A stretch of 63,993 bases of DNA, counting the filler, from Perkinsus olseni (taxonomy: Eukaryota), in the NCBI GenBank assembly GCA_013115125.1. It is 4 parts of 4 records of this genome, joined end to end, with 100 filler letters (N's around TTAATTAATTAA, not from the genome) between each part and the next. Parts side by side here need not be neighbours in the genome. Positions count along the whole stretch, not along the records: positions 33,868 to 50,683 come from JABANN010000668.1; positions 50,784 to 63,993 come from JABANN010000768.1; 2 more parts are not named here. One strand, given 5' to 3'. The position numbers were made by a program, and so were the translations under genes. Shown here in pieces: positions 37,001-51,149 of this stretch. How positions within the stretch are numbered: position 1 is the first letter of the stretch; the number at the start of each line of letters is the position of its first letter. The notes beneath the pieces are model-generated. The model did no database searches, was not told the DNA's origin, and saw nothing but the letters and a program-made list of their open reading frames with translations.

Positions 37001-38965
37001 CCGGCGAGTACATTGATAAGATCCTAGCGGAGGGTGCTACCTCGGTACAGAAGGATAAGCTGGAGTCTGTTAAAAAGTTCCTTAACAAGGATCTTACCAT
37101 GCAACATTGTGTTAATCTAGCTGTCGATGAATTCACTGACAAGTAGCGATGGGGGACAACTCTGGGCTGTTCTCGCTTCGTGGACGTGTTGGCCATGTTC
37201 AGGTATGATCATGCCATTGCACAGTTGTTGTACAACTTCCCACTCGACCATAAGAATAGCGACGGCAATCTGTTTTGGTCCGGTCCGAAGAGGCCCCCAC
37301 AGGTGGGTCGCCTGTGTTTCTTGATCTGCGAGTAGCTGCTATGGTCAGGTCATCCACTACGATGCCAATGATGAGCTGCATCTTGCCTTCGTTTACGCCT
37401 GTGCTAACCTATATGCTACTGTCTTGGGTATTCCTGCGGCCAAGGATAAGGAGGAGGTTAGAGAGTTGTCCAAGAAGTGCAACATTGACCCCTTCGTACC
37501 TCGTAACATGAAGATAAAGGTTAGTGATGATGATACTAGTACAGAAGAAGGGGCATGCATGGACGATGAGGAAGCGGTTCAGGTGAGAAAACCTGTTTTT
37601 TTTCTACGCATTTTCTACGCTGGGTGGTAGTGTAACGCATTGTTTGTTAGACTTTGGCTGACCAAATGCGCACCATCGACCCGGAGCTCAGAGAGAATCT
37701 GCAGAAACGCATCTCACCTGCTGAGTTCGAGAAGGACGATGATACCAACTTCCACATCGACTTCATCGCTTCCTCGGCCAACTTGCGTGCTAGAAACTAC
37801 AAGATCAACGAAGCTGACAGGAATAAGGTACTACTCCATTTTGGCACCCGTCGATCAATACACCCCTGATGCAGGTGAAGATGATCGCGGGCAAGATTAT
37901 CCCAGCTATAGCCACCACCACTGCTATGGTCACTGGAATGGTATCTTGTGAACTACTCAAGGTGCTGATGGATGAGGGAAAGAAGTAGTATTGAGTCCAC
38001 CCTGTCGGAGAGTTGCGGTAACGGCTGTGCAGGTACGACATTGAGAGATACAAGAACTCTTTCGTCAACCTTGCTCTACCCACTTGGATCCTCAGTGAGC
38101 CTCTTCCACCGGTGAGTGGCCTTGTGTCTTAGGATACCGTATCGAGTAGCATGCATGGATGCTGTAGGTGAAGACAGTGTCCAAGGAGTATGACCCCATC
38201 GCCATGGGGCCAGTGAGAGCCAAGCCTGAAGGGTTCACTCCCTGGATGAAATTAGCCATCAATCACGGCCCTGAAAGAACTCTTAGAGAGTTGGTTGATT
38301 GGCTTGCAAAGGAGCAGAATGTTGAGGTAAAAGGCCGTTGTGAGTGTTGTGTACTCGCGTGTCGTAGTGTGTTGCTTGTTTCTGCTTTAAGCTGCTACTT
38401 GAATTCGCCGCCTAAGAGCATTCGAGGTTCAGCCTTAGTTGTAGTATAGAAGTTTTATGTGGACTTGTGAGGCTAAGTCCCCAGTTGCGGTACGGTAGAC
38501 ATACGAGTATGCTAGCTCCTGTCACAGCGTCTTCACGTTGTATCTCAGTTGATGTACAATAGCTGGGCATCAGTTCCAGGTGTTGTGGGATCGTTGAACG
38601 GCGACTTTCAACAAATCTGATCATGCGGTTCCAACTCTGAGTTATTCATCAGGTTATGATCCTTTCATCCGGGAACGCCTGCCTTTACAACGCATTTTTA
38701 CCCGCGCACAAGAAGCGTTTGGACCAGAGGATGCCGGAGCTATATGAGCAGATAACCAAGCAGAAGATTCCTGCCTCGAGGTAATACTTCTCTTTGTATA
38801 TGTAACGGCTCAACTCTTTTAGAGGGCAGTCGGGAAAGCTCCGTCGTGTTTCGGTTGCAGGGATATAAATTTTTCAGGAACTACTTGGTGCTTGAGGTAT
38901 CTGCATGTGATTTGGATGACCAAGTCGATACCACTTTGCCGACCATCAAGTACATCTTCCGATAG
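34058..38965 (+). CDS. UBA1: Ubiquitin-activating enzyme E1 (many exons)
   Basis: [55 protein letters not shown], catalytic [36 protein letters not shown], and a C-terminal UFD ending IKYIFR*. Confidence 0.97.
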
Positions 38966-39163
38966 GCGATGTGTTGTATCAGGAAGCTGAGCACACTATT
39001 TCGATAATTTCAATAATATACTTAGTTTCTCTTTGATGAGATCGCTCGTATGTAGAGTACAAGTCTACTCTTGGTAGCGTGATGACGTGTAGTGTTCATC
39101 AACTCATTGGGGCATTCCGTGTCGAGCTGTTGATCCAGATCTCCTCTTGTTTCGACGCAAGCA

Positions 39164-41778
39164 ATGAGACTTCACAGACTTAAGAGGCTGGTCCTCGTTG
39201 TGGTGGTGGCTCTCCTCAGCCAAGTCATGTGCGATACTGTAGAAGACAGCAGAACAGTGGGAGGGAGGATAATCCACATCAGTGAGTTGTCGTGCATGCT
39301 CATGAGATTTACCTATAGTGGTGTGAACAGGTATGAACAAAGTGTGGCCCTTCTCTAATCCCACTGAGACTTATCGCTATTATGACTTCCCTTTCTGCCA
39401 ACCTGAGGTTATCCAGCCACAGTGGATGAGTTTTGGCCAGGTGACGATTTCTGTTGGGGTCCTGTAGGAGTGCGCGTGGTTGAATCGTGGTCATAGCTGA
39501 TTTAGTCATCACAGATCCTCTGCACTTCCTGGCATTCTCCCTTTTTAGGTGCTCAGAGGAGACCGATTGGTGAACTCGGTCTACGACGTTATCTTTCGGA
39601 AGGACGTTGCTAAAACGCAAGTTTGCCAGAAGACATTCACAGAAGAGGACATTGAGGTTCTTAAGGCGGCTGTGGAGGATAGCTACATGTTTGAGTTGTT
39701 CGTAAGTTGCTGGTCTCTATCATCACGCGGCTTCGCCTCTATCGTGGAGAGGTTGCTACTGTGTCAACGTCATCACTTTCATGCGTCCTGGAGCCCCCTC
39801 ATGTTCAGGTTGAGGGACTGCCGGTGGTTAGACCCGTGGGTGCTATGTCCATTGAGAAGTTTGGCGCTGATGACAGCGGCACCAAGGAGAGGTTATACGG
39901 GAAGCTGTGTGCCATCGAATGAAGCTTTTTGATCACGCTCTCGGCTTTCGGTGGTGCGTGAATGTAGTGCATGCCATTCTCATATTTGGAAGGCTCGCAA
40001 CACTTCATTGTTTGCGTCACAGATACTTCCTGCTAAACTACTTCGAGTTCTCAATAGGCTATAATGACCGCGCAGTAGTGTCAGTGAACATGACAGCTGA
40101 CTTGGACTTGGAGCATCTAGCGGAAATCACGGACGTCGATGAGGCTACTGGCCAACTCAACGTACCATTCTACTACTCTGTCAAATGGGTGAGTACAGCG
40201 CCAGCTGAGTCCTGAATGCTTGATGTTTCGACCCTATTGTTTCGCACCGTGCATGTGATGATGTGTTCAGGTTGAATCCCCGATCACAGCATCAGAAGCC
40301 TTGGAGAAACAGATGAAGGCGGCATTGATGTCCGGCGCTAATCAACCTATCGATATCCACATACTGGCCATCATTAACTCCTTCGTCCTCATCATGCTCA
40401 TACTATCATTGCTTCTTCTTGTTATTATAAGGGTAATTACGTCGAGTCCCGGGTGTTGATGCGTATATGATCCCTCGTTCTAGGTTGTCCGGTCGGATCT
40501 CTCACGTTATCTAGCTATACCAGATGAGGAGTTGGCGGCCGTTGAAGAGGAGACAGGCTGGAAGCTGCTCTATGCGGATGTGTTCAGGCCCCCCGTTCAT
40601 AGACTATTCCTATCGGCAGCAGTTGGTGCTGGGGTAAGATTCGCAAGATACCCGATATATGTTGTCTTGTGTGGTGCTAGCGCTACCCTCCTTTCACCGT
40701 GAATTCGCCATGAATCTCTCAGACACAGCTGTTGCTGGCTCTCATCCTAGTCGTAATAGTTGGATGCATTGGCTTCTACTATCGAAGAGGAGCGATGATG
40801 ACCGCGGGAGTTATCTGTTACCTTATAACGGCGGCATCAGGTGATAACCAGGGTGCATGGCCGAGTGAGCTTCCTCATCGTGTAGCCACCCTAGGATACG
40901 ATCCCCTACTCACCTCGCGGTTAACTCTTGCTTTCATCAGGTGGATATGTATCAGCGAGACTGTACAACTCGCTCGGAGGGGAGAAGTGGGCATGGAACA
41001 TCTTCGTCACGGCCATTGCATTCATGGGCCCCAGCTTTGGTATATGGATGTTCCTCAATACTGTTGCCATAACGTGAGTTTTGGACTTCTGTCGTCATTC
41101 TGATCGAAAGCCTTCGACTTGGTGATCGGTCCATTCAGGTACAATTCTACCGCAGCATGGCCATTTGCTACCATACTCTTCATCATAACGATGTGGGCGT
41201 GTGTTACATTCCCTTTGACAGTCATTGGTGGGATAGCTGGGAGGCACAAGTCTATGAAGAAAAAGGCTGAGGCTGGAGGGAACCTATTCCCGTGCAAGAC
41301 TAATAAACTTGCTAGGGAAATCCCGTCTTGTCGGTGGTATCAAAGCTCTACTTGCCAAATGGTAGCTGGAGGCTTCCTACCGTTCTCTGCCATCTACATT
41401 GAACTTCACTACGTCTTCAGTTCAGTGTGGGGCCCTAAGCTATATACTCTCTATGGTATATTGCTTCTAGCCTGTCTACTAGTATTCCTAGTAGCTGCTG
41501 CCGTTACTGTGCTCTTCACGTACTTCCAGTTGAATGTTGAAGATCATAGATGGTGGTGGAGGTCCTTCATTTCTGGAGGATCAGTGAGTGCCTTCTTCTA
41601 TGCTTACTGTTTTTACTACTACTTCCAAACAAGCATGACAGGACTCCTCCAGCTATCCTTCTACTTCCTCTACTCTCTCATTGTAGCATACGCGATCTTC
41701 CTTATGCTGGGTACAGCCAGTTTCATTGCAACCTACTACTTCGTATGGTACATCTACTCGAGAATTAAGATAGACTAG
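39164..41778 (+). CDS. Transmembrane 9 superfamily (nonaspanin/EMP70) protein
   Basis: Signal peptide, then NKVWPFSNPTETYRYYDFPFC, IINSFVL, EETGWKLLYADVFRPP, GGFLPFSAIYIEL, EDHRWWWRSF and a C-terminal IYSRIKID (KxD motif). Confidence 0.95.
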
Positions 41779-42221
41779 CGTCCATTCATCGAAGAAAACC
41801 GCCGACTATGATGATGATGATCGTGGAGTATCTCTGGTAGTATTATTTTTGAGCCATTTCGATACGGTTATGTTACGGTTCGGCAGCGCATGAGCACAGA
41901 TATGCTGCCACGTATGAAGATGACATTATCATTCACATCTGTGACGTGAGTCCAGTTGGTTCTTTTTTCAATGAAAAGAAATTTGATGTTATAATTGCGT
42001 CGTCGCTGCAGACAACCCTCCGAAGAGGGGTTGTGCCGAAAGATGTCAGTGGTGATTGAGTAGATCTGAGGAGTTGTGTTAGTGTAATGATGCTCAATGG
42101 CCGCCACCGACGCTTTCATATCGGCTAGTTCGTCTCGTAGTAGAGGTATTTCACGAGAACGGGACTGAAATTATTTTCTTCAGTTATCCTGCTGCGGCAG
42201 TGCCCCTCCCGAAGGTCGTCG

Positions 42222-43298
42222 ATGGCTGGCATTTTCAGTCCACTACGCAGCACCACTAAGATGACGGGGCTGGAGTTCCTCGGAGTCCTCGCCTTCATCA
42301 TCGGTTTTTATAACGTTATCCTCATCGGCGGTGTGGGATATCTCACTCGGGACTGGCCAAGGAATGGTGAGGTTTTTTGGGGATTTGAGGATGGTCTCTG
42401 GGATCATCCTGAGCCCAACTATAAGATCCTATCTTGGGTGGCTGAGTTCTATGCCGTTGTGAGTGCAATTCCCTTAGCTGGTATGACTTTGCTCTATCAA
42501 GCTCTCCGCTACAAGTATGATAAAGTAGTATTGCTACTGTGCGTAATGGATGTTTGGATGTACACTTGCGCCTTCTTTTCTCATATGACATTGTACCCTC
42601 CACTCAATGCTGTCACATTGACTTCAGTCCTCACTAATTCGTTATATACTTTTTTCATGTATTCCTGGATGGCTGGTGGCCCACTGAAGTCTACCTTTGT
42701 ACGTGCCGTCGTCACCATTGCTGCCTGGCTGGTGATAGTGCAGTGCGTTAGGACGGTGCCTGCTATGTTCGGCCATAGAGGTGGTGTCCCTGCCCTCTTG
42801 GTCATTCAAGTGCCTGCTGTCATCGCTGCCACTTTGGGTGCTGCTTGGATGCGTCGTAGCTGCGCTGAGAGGGAGAAGGCGACTTTTGGTCCTCTGCTCC
42901 TCGCAGGGGCTCTTCTTGTGCTTGCTATGGGTGTCAGCGTCATTGAAGTCCTGTGTGGTCAGTACTGTCAGGATAGATACTTCGGTAACTTCCCAGTGTT
43001 CCACGTCATCATCCATACATTAGAGCAGATTGGTATCTACCTCTACGGTGTCATGGTTGCCTCTATCCGTCATACCATCAATGAGCCTCGTAAAGGGGCC
43101 AAGTTGGAATACTGTGGTGGATGGCTGCCCTACCTGAGGTTAGCCGCTGACTCTTCGAAGGGTGTCGAGAAAGCGGCAGTGAATGTGGTGGCCGATGATT
43201 CCCCTCGTGGAGGGTCGGGCAGGTATAATCTCAGGAAGCGGGTCACCAAGACCCCAGGCAGCGAGGGTGCTACGGACGAGTCTACAGCTACTGAGTAG
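42222..43298 (+). CDS. Alkaline ceramidase-like CREST-superfamily membrane hydrolase (intronless)
   Basis: EPNY..WVAEFYAVVS, FFSHMTL and FHVIIH motifs with about 7 TM helices. Confidence 0.75.
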   Translation: MAGIFSPLRSTTKMTGLEFLGVLAFIIGFYNVILIGGVGYLTRDWPRNGEVFWGFEDGLWDHPEPNYKILSWVAEFYAVVSAIPLAGMTLLYQALRYKYDKVVLLLCVMDVWMYTCAFFSHMTLYPPLNAVTLTSVLTNSLYTFFMYSWMAGGPLKSTFVRAVVTIAAWLVIVQCVRTVPAMFGHRGGVPALLVIQVPAVIAATLGAAWMRRSCAEREKATFGPLLLAGALLVLAMGVSVIEVLCGQYCQDRYFGNFPVFHVIIHTLEQIGIYLYGVMVASIRHTINEPRKGAKLEYCGGWLPYLRLAADSSKGVEKAAVNVVADDSPRGGSGRYNLRKRVTKTPGSEGATDESTATE

Positions 43299-43644
43299 AG
43301 AAAGTCTGGTTTTAGCACCGAGATGATAGGTTTCAGTTGATATTGTTGCAGTGGCATACTTGGGAAGTATTATTTGAATGGTTAATGGAGTTTTTCATTT
43401 TGAACGATGTCGGTGGTGTTATTAGTGCCTAACTCTGGGAATAATTGGGAAGGGTTGCGGGGCTCCAGAATTAGACGGCAAAGCACGAATGCACTCTGCA
43501 TGATGTTGTTGTCTTGCGGGCGAGCTGTTGGAGTAATTGAATGAGTCGACACACTCGGGATTGTTTGAACTGTTGGGCGTATTGGAGGGCCGCCATCGAC
43601 CTTTCATCGACTCATCGAGTTTCTTTCGTCAACTTGTAACACTT

Positions 43645-45680
43645 ATGTCACCATCACCTCACCCAGCTTCTTCGGAAGCGTCTTCCTCTCATCAGCAGCC
43701 GGGGCCGGCGGCCGGCTCTAACTCTGTCGGTAATATATGCCTTGTAGAGGGAGACCGGGCTATGTATCCCCCTTTCAGATGGCAAGAAGCGTGTACGATT
43801 TATTTGTTACTTATGTCGAAGAAGATTCCCTGGTCTGGAGCAGCTCAATAAGCACGAGAGGCTCTCTGATCTCCATAGGAGCAATCTCGAGGTAAAGGCT
43901 ATTATTCTAGCCGTTGTTATGGTCACCGCTCATGGTCTACCGTTATCGCACTCATGGCCTGCTTCGTACTTCTAGAAGCTGGAGCAGAGCACACTATCGC
44001 GACGACTTGAGCTGAGGCAACAGCTACAGGCCATACGCCGAGATCTTGACGCCCTGAGTGAAAGTGAACGACAGAGTCCAAGCTGGGATGACTCAGGAGC
44101 AACTCAAGATATGGACAATGGCCTCAAGAGACAATATAAACGTCAACAGCTCCAGCTCGGTATGAAACAGGCAGAGATGGAACTCGGTAATATTTTTCCC
44201 TCCCACGATCGAACAGCTGATTGAACCCGCCTCCGGTCCAGGCGTTTTGCATGAGAAGTGGGAAGAGCGTCGCAGAGCTCCTACTACGACACATATTGAT
44301 CAGTCTGGGGATTCGCATAATCGTGCTGAGCAGCTGCAGAATGTGTCGAAGGAGGCGGACCCTCGACCAACGTTGACTATGGATCCAGTCTCACTCAGTG
44401 ACGGCGGTGTGAGCCTTTGGATAGGTGCTGAGACGTGGAAAGGCAACAAGCCTTCTCAGGAAGATAGGTGATGAATTTAGGTTTGTTGTAACTTGTGGCC
44501 CCGAACAAGTGAACGCCAGGTTCGTTTTGGATATGAAAATTAAGACACCAGAAGGCGACCCTCATGTTCATGGTGTAGCAGTGTATGATGGTCATAGTGG
44601 AGGTGCATGCGCGGACTATGTGGTAATAGGTGCGAGGTCATTGGAGGCAGTCATAATTGATCGTGACAATCATGCTCGTGGGTCGCTTGTGAATATCACG
44701 TGGATCTTGGTACGATAGTCTCAATCAGGTGGAACATTTAGGAAGAACAATTACACAGTGCTTGCGAGCTAAGCCAACAGAGCAAGCCTTCACAGCCCGA
44801 CTCAAGCAGAGTGTGAGGGAGGCATTTATCCTCACCGATGATGACTTCTTACAGCTGGCTACCAATCATGAGATGCCCGATGGTAGAGTGTTGGAATGGA
44901 AGTGGTTGGCGATCCTTGAAGGATTCTCTCAGGTACTACAGCCATCATTGGGTTGTTTTGGGCTGACTCCTACCATCGTATGAAGCTGCTCACAGCCCAT
45001 GTTGGTGACTCTCGTGGGGTTTTGGGGAAACAGGATGGGTCCATGTCGATGAGGCTAACAGAGGACCATAAGCCTAATAGAGAAGATGAGGCTCAATGGA
45101 TATCCGAGCATGGTGGCAACCTAGCTGAGGTTAATGGTATATGGAGAGTATTCACTCCTACTGCGGTCAAAGTCGGCGATAAGGTACCAAACACAGCTCT
45201 CGTGTGGATGTGAGAATATGCTGTAGGTTCTGCAATGGGGCTTAGCCGTATCACGGTCTCTAGGGGACCTCCCTTTGAAGAGACCACAACCAGTGATCCA
45301 GGCTCAGGCTGAGGTCAGCGTTTTTGACATCAATCCAAACGAGGATCGGGCAGTAGTCATGGCAACGGATGGAATATATGACGTCCTTAGTGACCAGGAG
45401 GTGATGGCATATTCTCCCACTCGCTTACATTCATTGTCGATGGCAGGTGATATCCCTGATATCGCCTCTAGCTGGGAAGCCATCGCTACGGCCAGAGGTT
45501 GGTGCTCGGCGGATAGTTAGGCGGAGCTACGAGCGGCTCTCTGATGATAACCTTACTGCGGTTGTGATATACGTGATGCCACCAGGCGTGAAGGAGACGT
45601 TAGACTTATCGGCGAAGAAACGGACGTCTAAGAGTGATGAGAGCGTCAGCTCCGAGGGTGTCAAGCGGCAACGTAAATGA
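43645..45680 (+). CDS. Protein phosphatase 2C with N-terminal C2H2 zinc finger
   Basis: CYLCRRRF..HERLSDLH finger. PP2C motifs SQED, VYDGHSG, DGTTA, AHVGDSR, DHKP, MATDGIYD and DNLTAVVI. Confidence 0.9.
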
Positions 45681-46039
45681 TCAGATAGTCGTACCCAGTT
45701 GCATAATGCCGCCTCATACTTCATCCAAGGCTTGTGTTGGGGTAAAGCAATGATAGTGTGTATTGTGCGATACTCCTCCGGAACTCGAGTCGAGGAGATC
45801 CAATTTTAGTCTGATAAGACTCGCTGTCAGGGGTTGCTACTGAATGGTACAGCACTGCTGTGTTGTTGGAGTATGGAGAGCTCTTCTCTAAGGAGCCCGG
45901 TATCAGTTCTTATGTCGTCATACATCCGCGGCGGATGAGGAATTCTGGTAACCATAATGATGCTGTGCGAGAAGATCAGTGCTTCTCTTGGTCGCTGGCT
46001 GTCGTTATGGATCGCAGTTGACGGGTCCCGAGTGGATTT

Positions 46040-46219
46040 TCTCATTCCTGTGTCGAAAGCTGTCGACTTTCAAGTATCGGAGATGGGGCCAGTTGCTCTG
46101 TAATCATGGTAATGACCGGCGCATGAAGGTGCCGGAGAGCTACCGTTCGAGTTATCTTCCGCAGGTTCGTCGTCGGGAGAATGGGAAATTATACGCCGTG
46201 AAGACGATGACCAAGGAGG
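46040..46219 (+). pseudogene. Degenerate duplicated fragment of the downstream AGC kinase (two exon pieces plus intron)
   Basis: Near-identical to parts of 49860-50099 (TATCGGAGATGG..CCAGTTGCTCTGT; CCGCAGGTTCGTCGTCGGGAGAATGGGAAATTATA), with a deletion and abrupt truncation. Confidence 0.85.
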
Positions 46220-46899
46220 AAACTAGTCAGTAAACCTCGAGTCTCACTGAGATTGCCAATATTTGTAGAACTTCCTTCGGCTCCTCGACCTCAGGAGACT
46301 CATTTGGCACAACATCTCCATCGGGGTTACTACTGAGCGGAATATTGTTACATTTCCGAGGCTCTAACACAAGAGTGAAGAGAGGCGCCAAGAAAGCTTT
46401 GAGTATGCGTGCAACTGTGTAAGCAGCATAGCTAATGGCAAAGCAGCGCATCTGTAGAGACAATACTAAGGTTACCATTCTCAGCCCTCAGCATTATGAC
46501 ACATAAGTAAGCAACAAAGGAGCAATACTGAATAGCTCTATGACTGATGATAATCCTGTAACAACTCTGCATAACAATATAAGGATGGGATAATGGGGGG
46601 TAGTCAGTTGGAACTTCATCTATTTTCCTCTCGTTGGAAAGATCGACACTTTTCTATTGACAATGGATAACGCGTGCGCCCTGATTATCGATCATTATAT
46701 CAAGGTATTCTGCTACAACTCTCCACAATGGAGCAAAGGACGCATGCGCGCTGAGCGCAACGAATGACAGACTGAGACATACACGAGCAAAGAAGCGCTT
46801 TGGCCGAGGAGAGTTGCTGAGCGGGGACTTGCGATGGCCCACACGAACAGAACGACTAAGGCCGACTCATTCTGGCTGAGTGGATTATAAGAGTCGGCG

Positions 46900-47652
46900 T
46901 TCAGTCATATCGAACATGCACAGGCGCACATCGAACATGTCAGTCTCGATCCTGACACAATATCTCCCAGGTGGGCAGTCCTGAAAATACAAAGTTGCTT
47001 TTCTCTTCATCATGGACCCCCATAACGCCCACCCATTCTTCGAAGCATACGAGGAAGCAAACGTCAAGAGGAGAGCAAAACTGACTATTGTCCCAGTCAG
47101 GACAGTCTGCCTTTTCCTTGCAGTCGTCCCCACACACAGCATAGCCGATATGATCGCGTCTCTGAAGGAGATGCCGCGTGAAAGTGTGGATTGCTTACTC
47201 GGAGTTAACATGTCATGATATCACGAGGATAAGTCGAAACGTTTGAATCAGAAGCCGATGAATCAGCCGGGTAGGCCTACTTGAACGACGTAATAGTTGT
47301 TAGTTTGACATCCAAAGCATTGCTCACTATCACAGGACGAAGGCCGCTCATAATTACCACCTGACTTCGTGAAGCATACAGGGACGAAGCCTTTGGGGGA
47401 AAACTACCACGGTCCGGCGTCGAACCACTAATACGACGCAATGCCGCCGGGGCTTCAAGCTGCGTGGTGAAGTTACTGAAGTTACAGAAGTTGGGCTAAG
47501 ACTTGACCCCCCTTGGGTACTCTGTTACTTAGTAATAGATTTCTCAGCAGCATGATTGCTGCCCCCACTTACGAATCACTCGTAGTCCCTCCAATCTTGA
47601 GGTCCAAAGCGGCGACACAGATAAAGCACAGAATGCCGACGACGGTTCGCAT
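46900..47652 (-). CDS. Small secreted Cys-rich hypothetical protein (multi-exon; 3' end approximate)
   Basis: Signal-peptide exon MRTVVGILCFICVAALD.. ending at a GTAAGT donor, and a downstream exon CGDDCKEKADCPDWDNSQFCSPLDVC. Confidence 0.45.
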
Positions 47653-48109
47653 AATAAGGAGGCTGCTAATAGTGAGCTGCTTTTTGGTCAAACTAGTTAG
47701 TGCGCTATAACTCGGAGCGGTAACTGTACCGAGTTACTCCGTACTCAGGATCTAAGGAGAGTTCGGGCGAAACGAGTGAATAGCTAAGCTAAGTGCCTCT
47801 GTACATACGGTATGCAGCATACCCCTTCTACGCCACTGATCTGTGTAAGAAGAATTCGCCTTCGACGTTCGGCGGCTTTGATCAATCTTATGTAGGAAAT
47901 TTGAAACTGTTGATACGTAGTACTCATGAAGAGAGTCGCCAGTATACTGGTAGCAATCCCACGTCAAGAGGATCGGCGTGAGCTACATTACCGCGCAGCC
48001 TGCGCGGCGCAGGAGTCCTGCGGCAGGACTATCAGACGCACAGTGGAAATTTTGCGAGAGCGAATGAGGCATAAGAAGGCAGTACCGCAATGAGATTTAA
48101 AAAACTAGA

Positions 48110-48269
48110 GCTAGCAGGATGCTAGCAAGGAGTGAAACAAAGCTAGCAGGATGCTAGCAAAGAGAAAAACAAAGCTAGCAGGACCTTAGCAAAGATAAAA
48201 CCAAAGCTAGTAGAATGCTAGCACAGAGAAAAACAAAGCTAGCAGCATGCTGGCAACGAGAAAAACAAC
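48110..48269 (+). repeat. 32-bp tandem repeat x5 with internal palindrome GCTAGCA-GGA-TGCTAGC
   Basis: Units start at 48110, 48142, 48174, 48206 and 48238. Confidence 0.92.
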
Positions 48270-48407
48270 AATTACAGAGATAATGGTTGTTGTAATGGGG
48301 GACGCGAGCTCGACCCAGCCCTCCGCTCCCTGGATGTGGAGGTTGGATATTGGAGATTGCTGACTCGACCAGGGCGGGTAGGAGTCAGGCTGGTGCGAGG
48401 GGGACAG

Positions 48408-48481
48408 CGCACGGACCGTGTGCTGTACTGGTATGCGCCAGTACCGTGCGGCACCGTGCCGCCGGCGCGGTGTGCACCCTA
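48408..48481 (-). mobile_element. hAT-like transposon end (TAGGGTGCAC terminus with subterminal GCACGG repeats)
   Basis: Minus strand begins TAGGGTGCACACC, followed by repeated (G)CACGG motifs in both orientations. The partner end was not found. Confidence 0.45.
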
Positions 48482-49340
48482 AATTGTCTGCACTGCAGAC
48501 TCTGCATACAACTGCCAGCCGTTTGACGTTGGAGAGGCCCGTGATTTTGAGCTTCGTGAGACTCTTGAATGAGTCAACTCATTTGCTGCCACTCCCCCTA
48601 CGTAGCATTCGTTCTCTGCGACCCGACCTTTCAACTTCCGCACCTCTGCCTTCAAGTTCCGACTCGGAACTTCCGAGTATTGGGAACAACCAAGTCGAAG
48701 AGGTTACAAAGACCGAAGCTGAGGTCAATAAGATTCATTGGATGCTGTTGTTGAATGGTACATCACTACTGTGTTGTCGGAGTATGAGAAGCTTTCGTGA
48801 GATTCCTAAGATTGAATCTAACGACTAGTCTAATAGGACTCATCATGTGCTGTTGTTGAATGGTAGAGCACCTCTGTGTTGCCGGAGTATGCAGAACTGT
48901 CTCGGCAACCCTCTCTCAGTCGTTATCTGTTCATACATTCATGTACCCGGGGCCTTAGGAACCATAATGAAGATGTGTGAGAAGCTCTGTGGTGGTCCGA
49001 AGTCGCTAACTGCTGTTATCGATCGCCGTTCACGGGTTCGGAGTCGATATCCCCATTCCTTCTGAAAAGCTGTCTGCTTTTTTTGCGTCATGGGGAACCA
49101 ACAGACGAGGGATATTGAAGTGTCGAATAGTGCGGGCACGGAGGAGACTTCTGATACTCCTGCCACCGCCTCATCAGCTGATAAACAATGGAGGAGGATT
49201 CTCTCATTAAAGAAGCATCGCGAATCACCTCAAGGACATCAGAAGCAGCCAGGTTAGGCCCGATCCAAATGCCAGCGTGAAGCTTTATGCTCATTCCAAC
49301 TGTCCTATTTCAGCCAAACCAATGATGTCGGTGAATATAC

Positions 49341-50683
<1,343 letters not shown>

Positions 50684-50783
50684 NNNNNNNNNNNNNNNNN
50701 NNNNNNNNNNNNNNNNNNNNNNNNNNNTTAATTAATTAANNNNNNNNNNNNNNNNNNNNNNNNNNNNNNNNNNNNNNNNNNNN

Positions 50784-51149
50784 GAGAATTCGCAGCTTGG
50801 CTGGTGGGCCATTGGGTCGTGGGAGAAGTATATCAACTGACACTATATCTGGGCACCTGCTGGTCTGGCATATGGTCATGGTTTTTGGGACTAGGATGAT
50901 GGCTCGTGTCCACTCACGAGCACCAGGGAGGGCCCTAGCATTGGCCTCACACTTGACGACATTATACTGGCGGTGAGAGTCCTTGAGGGCCTGTGGAGGC
51001 TCTTGGACCAGGAAGACTCTGTCGGAGTCACACTGTAGGTTGAGGAGAGAGCTGTTAAGTATCTCGTCTAGCACACCCCAGCTCCGGTTACAGTTCACAG
51101 AAATGATTTTGATCAGTTTTTTCGACCCGCTGTTGTTCGGTTGGGTCAT
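50784..51149 (-). CDS. Retrotransposon ORF2, APE endonuclease N-terminus (partial)
   Basis: IKIISVNCNRS and VFLVQEP (APE motifs I and II), and RAIILV. Confidence 0.85.

Noticed and set aside
41848-41868. Minus-strand ACCGTATCGAAATGGCTCAAA resembling the perkinsid/dinoflagellate spliced leader
   Set aside because: Only about 16/21 identity, antisense in a 3' region and not upstream of a gene. Compatible with chance in a window this size.
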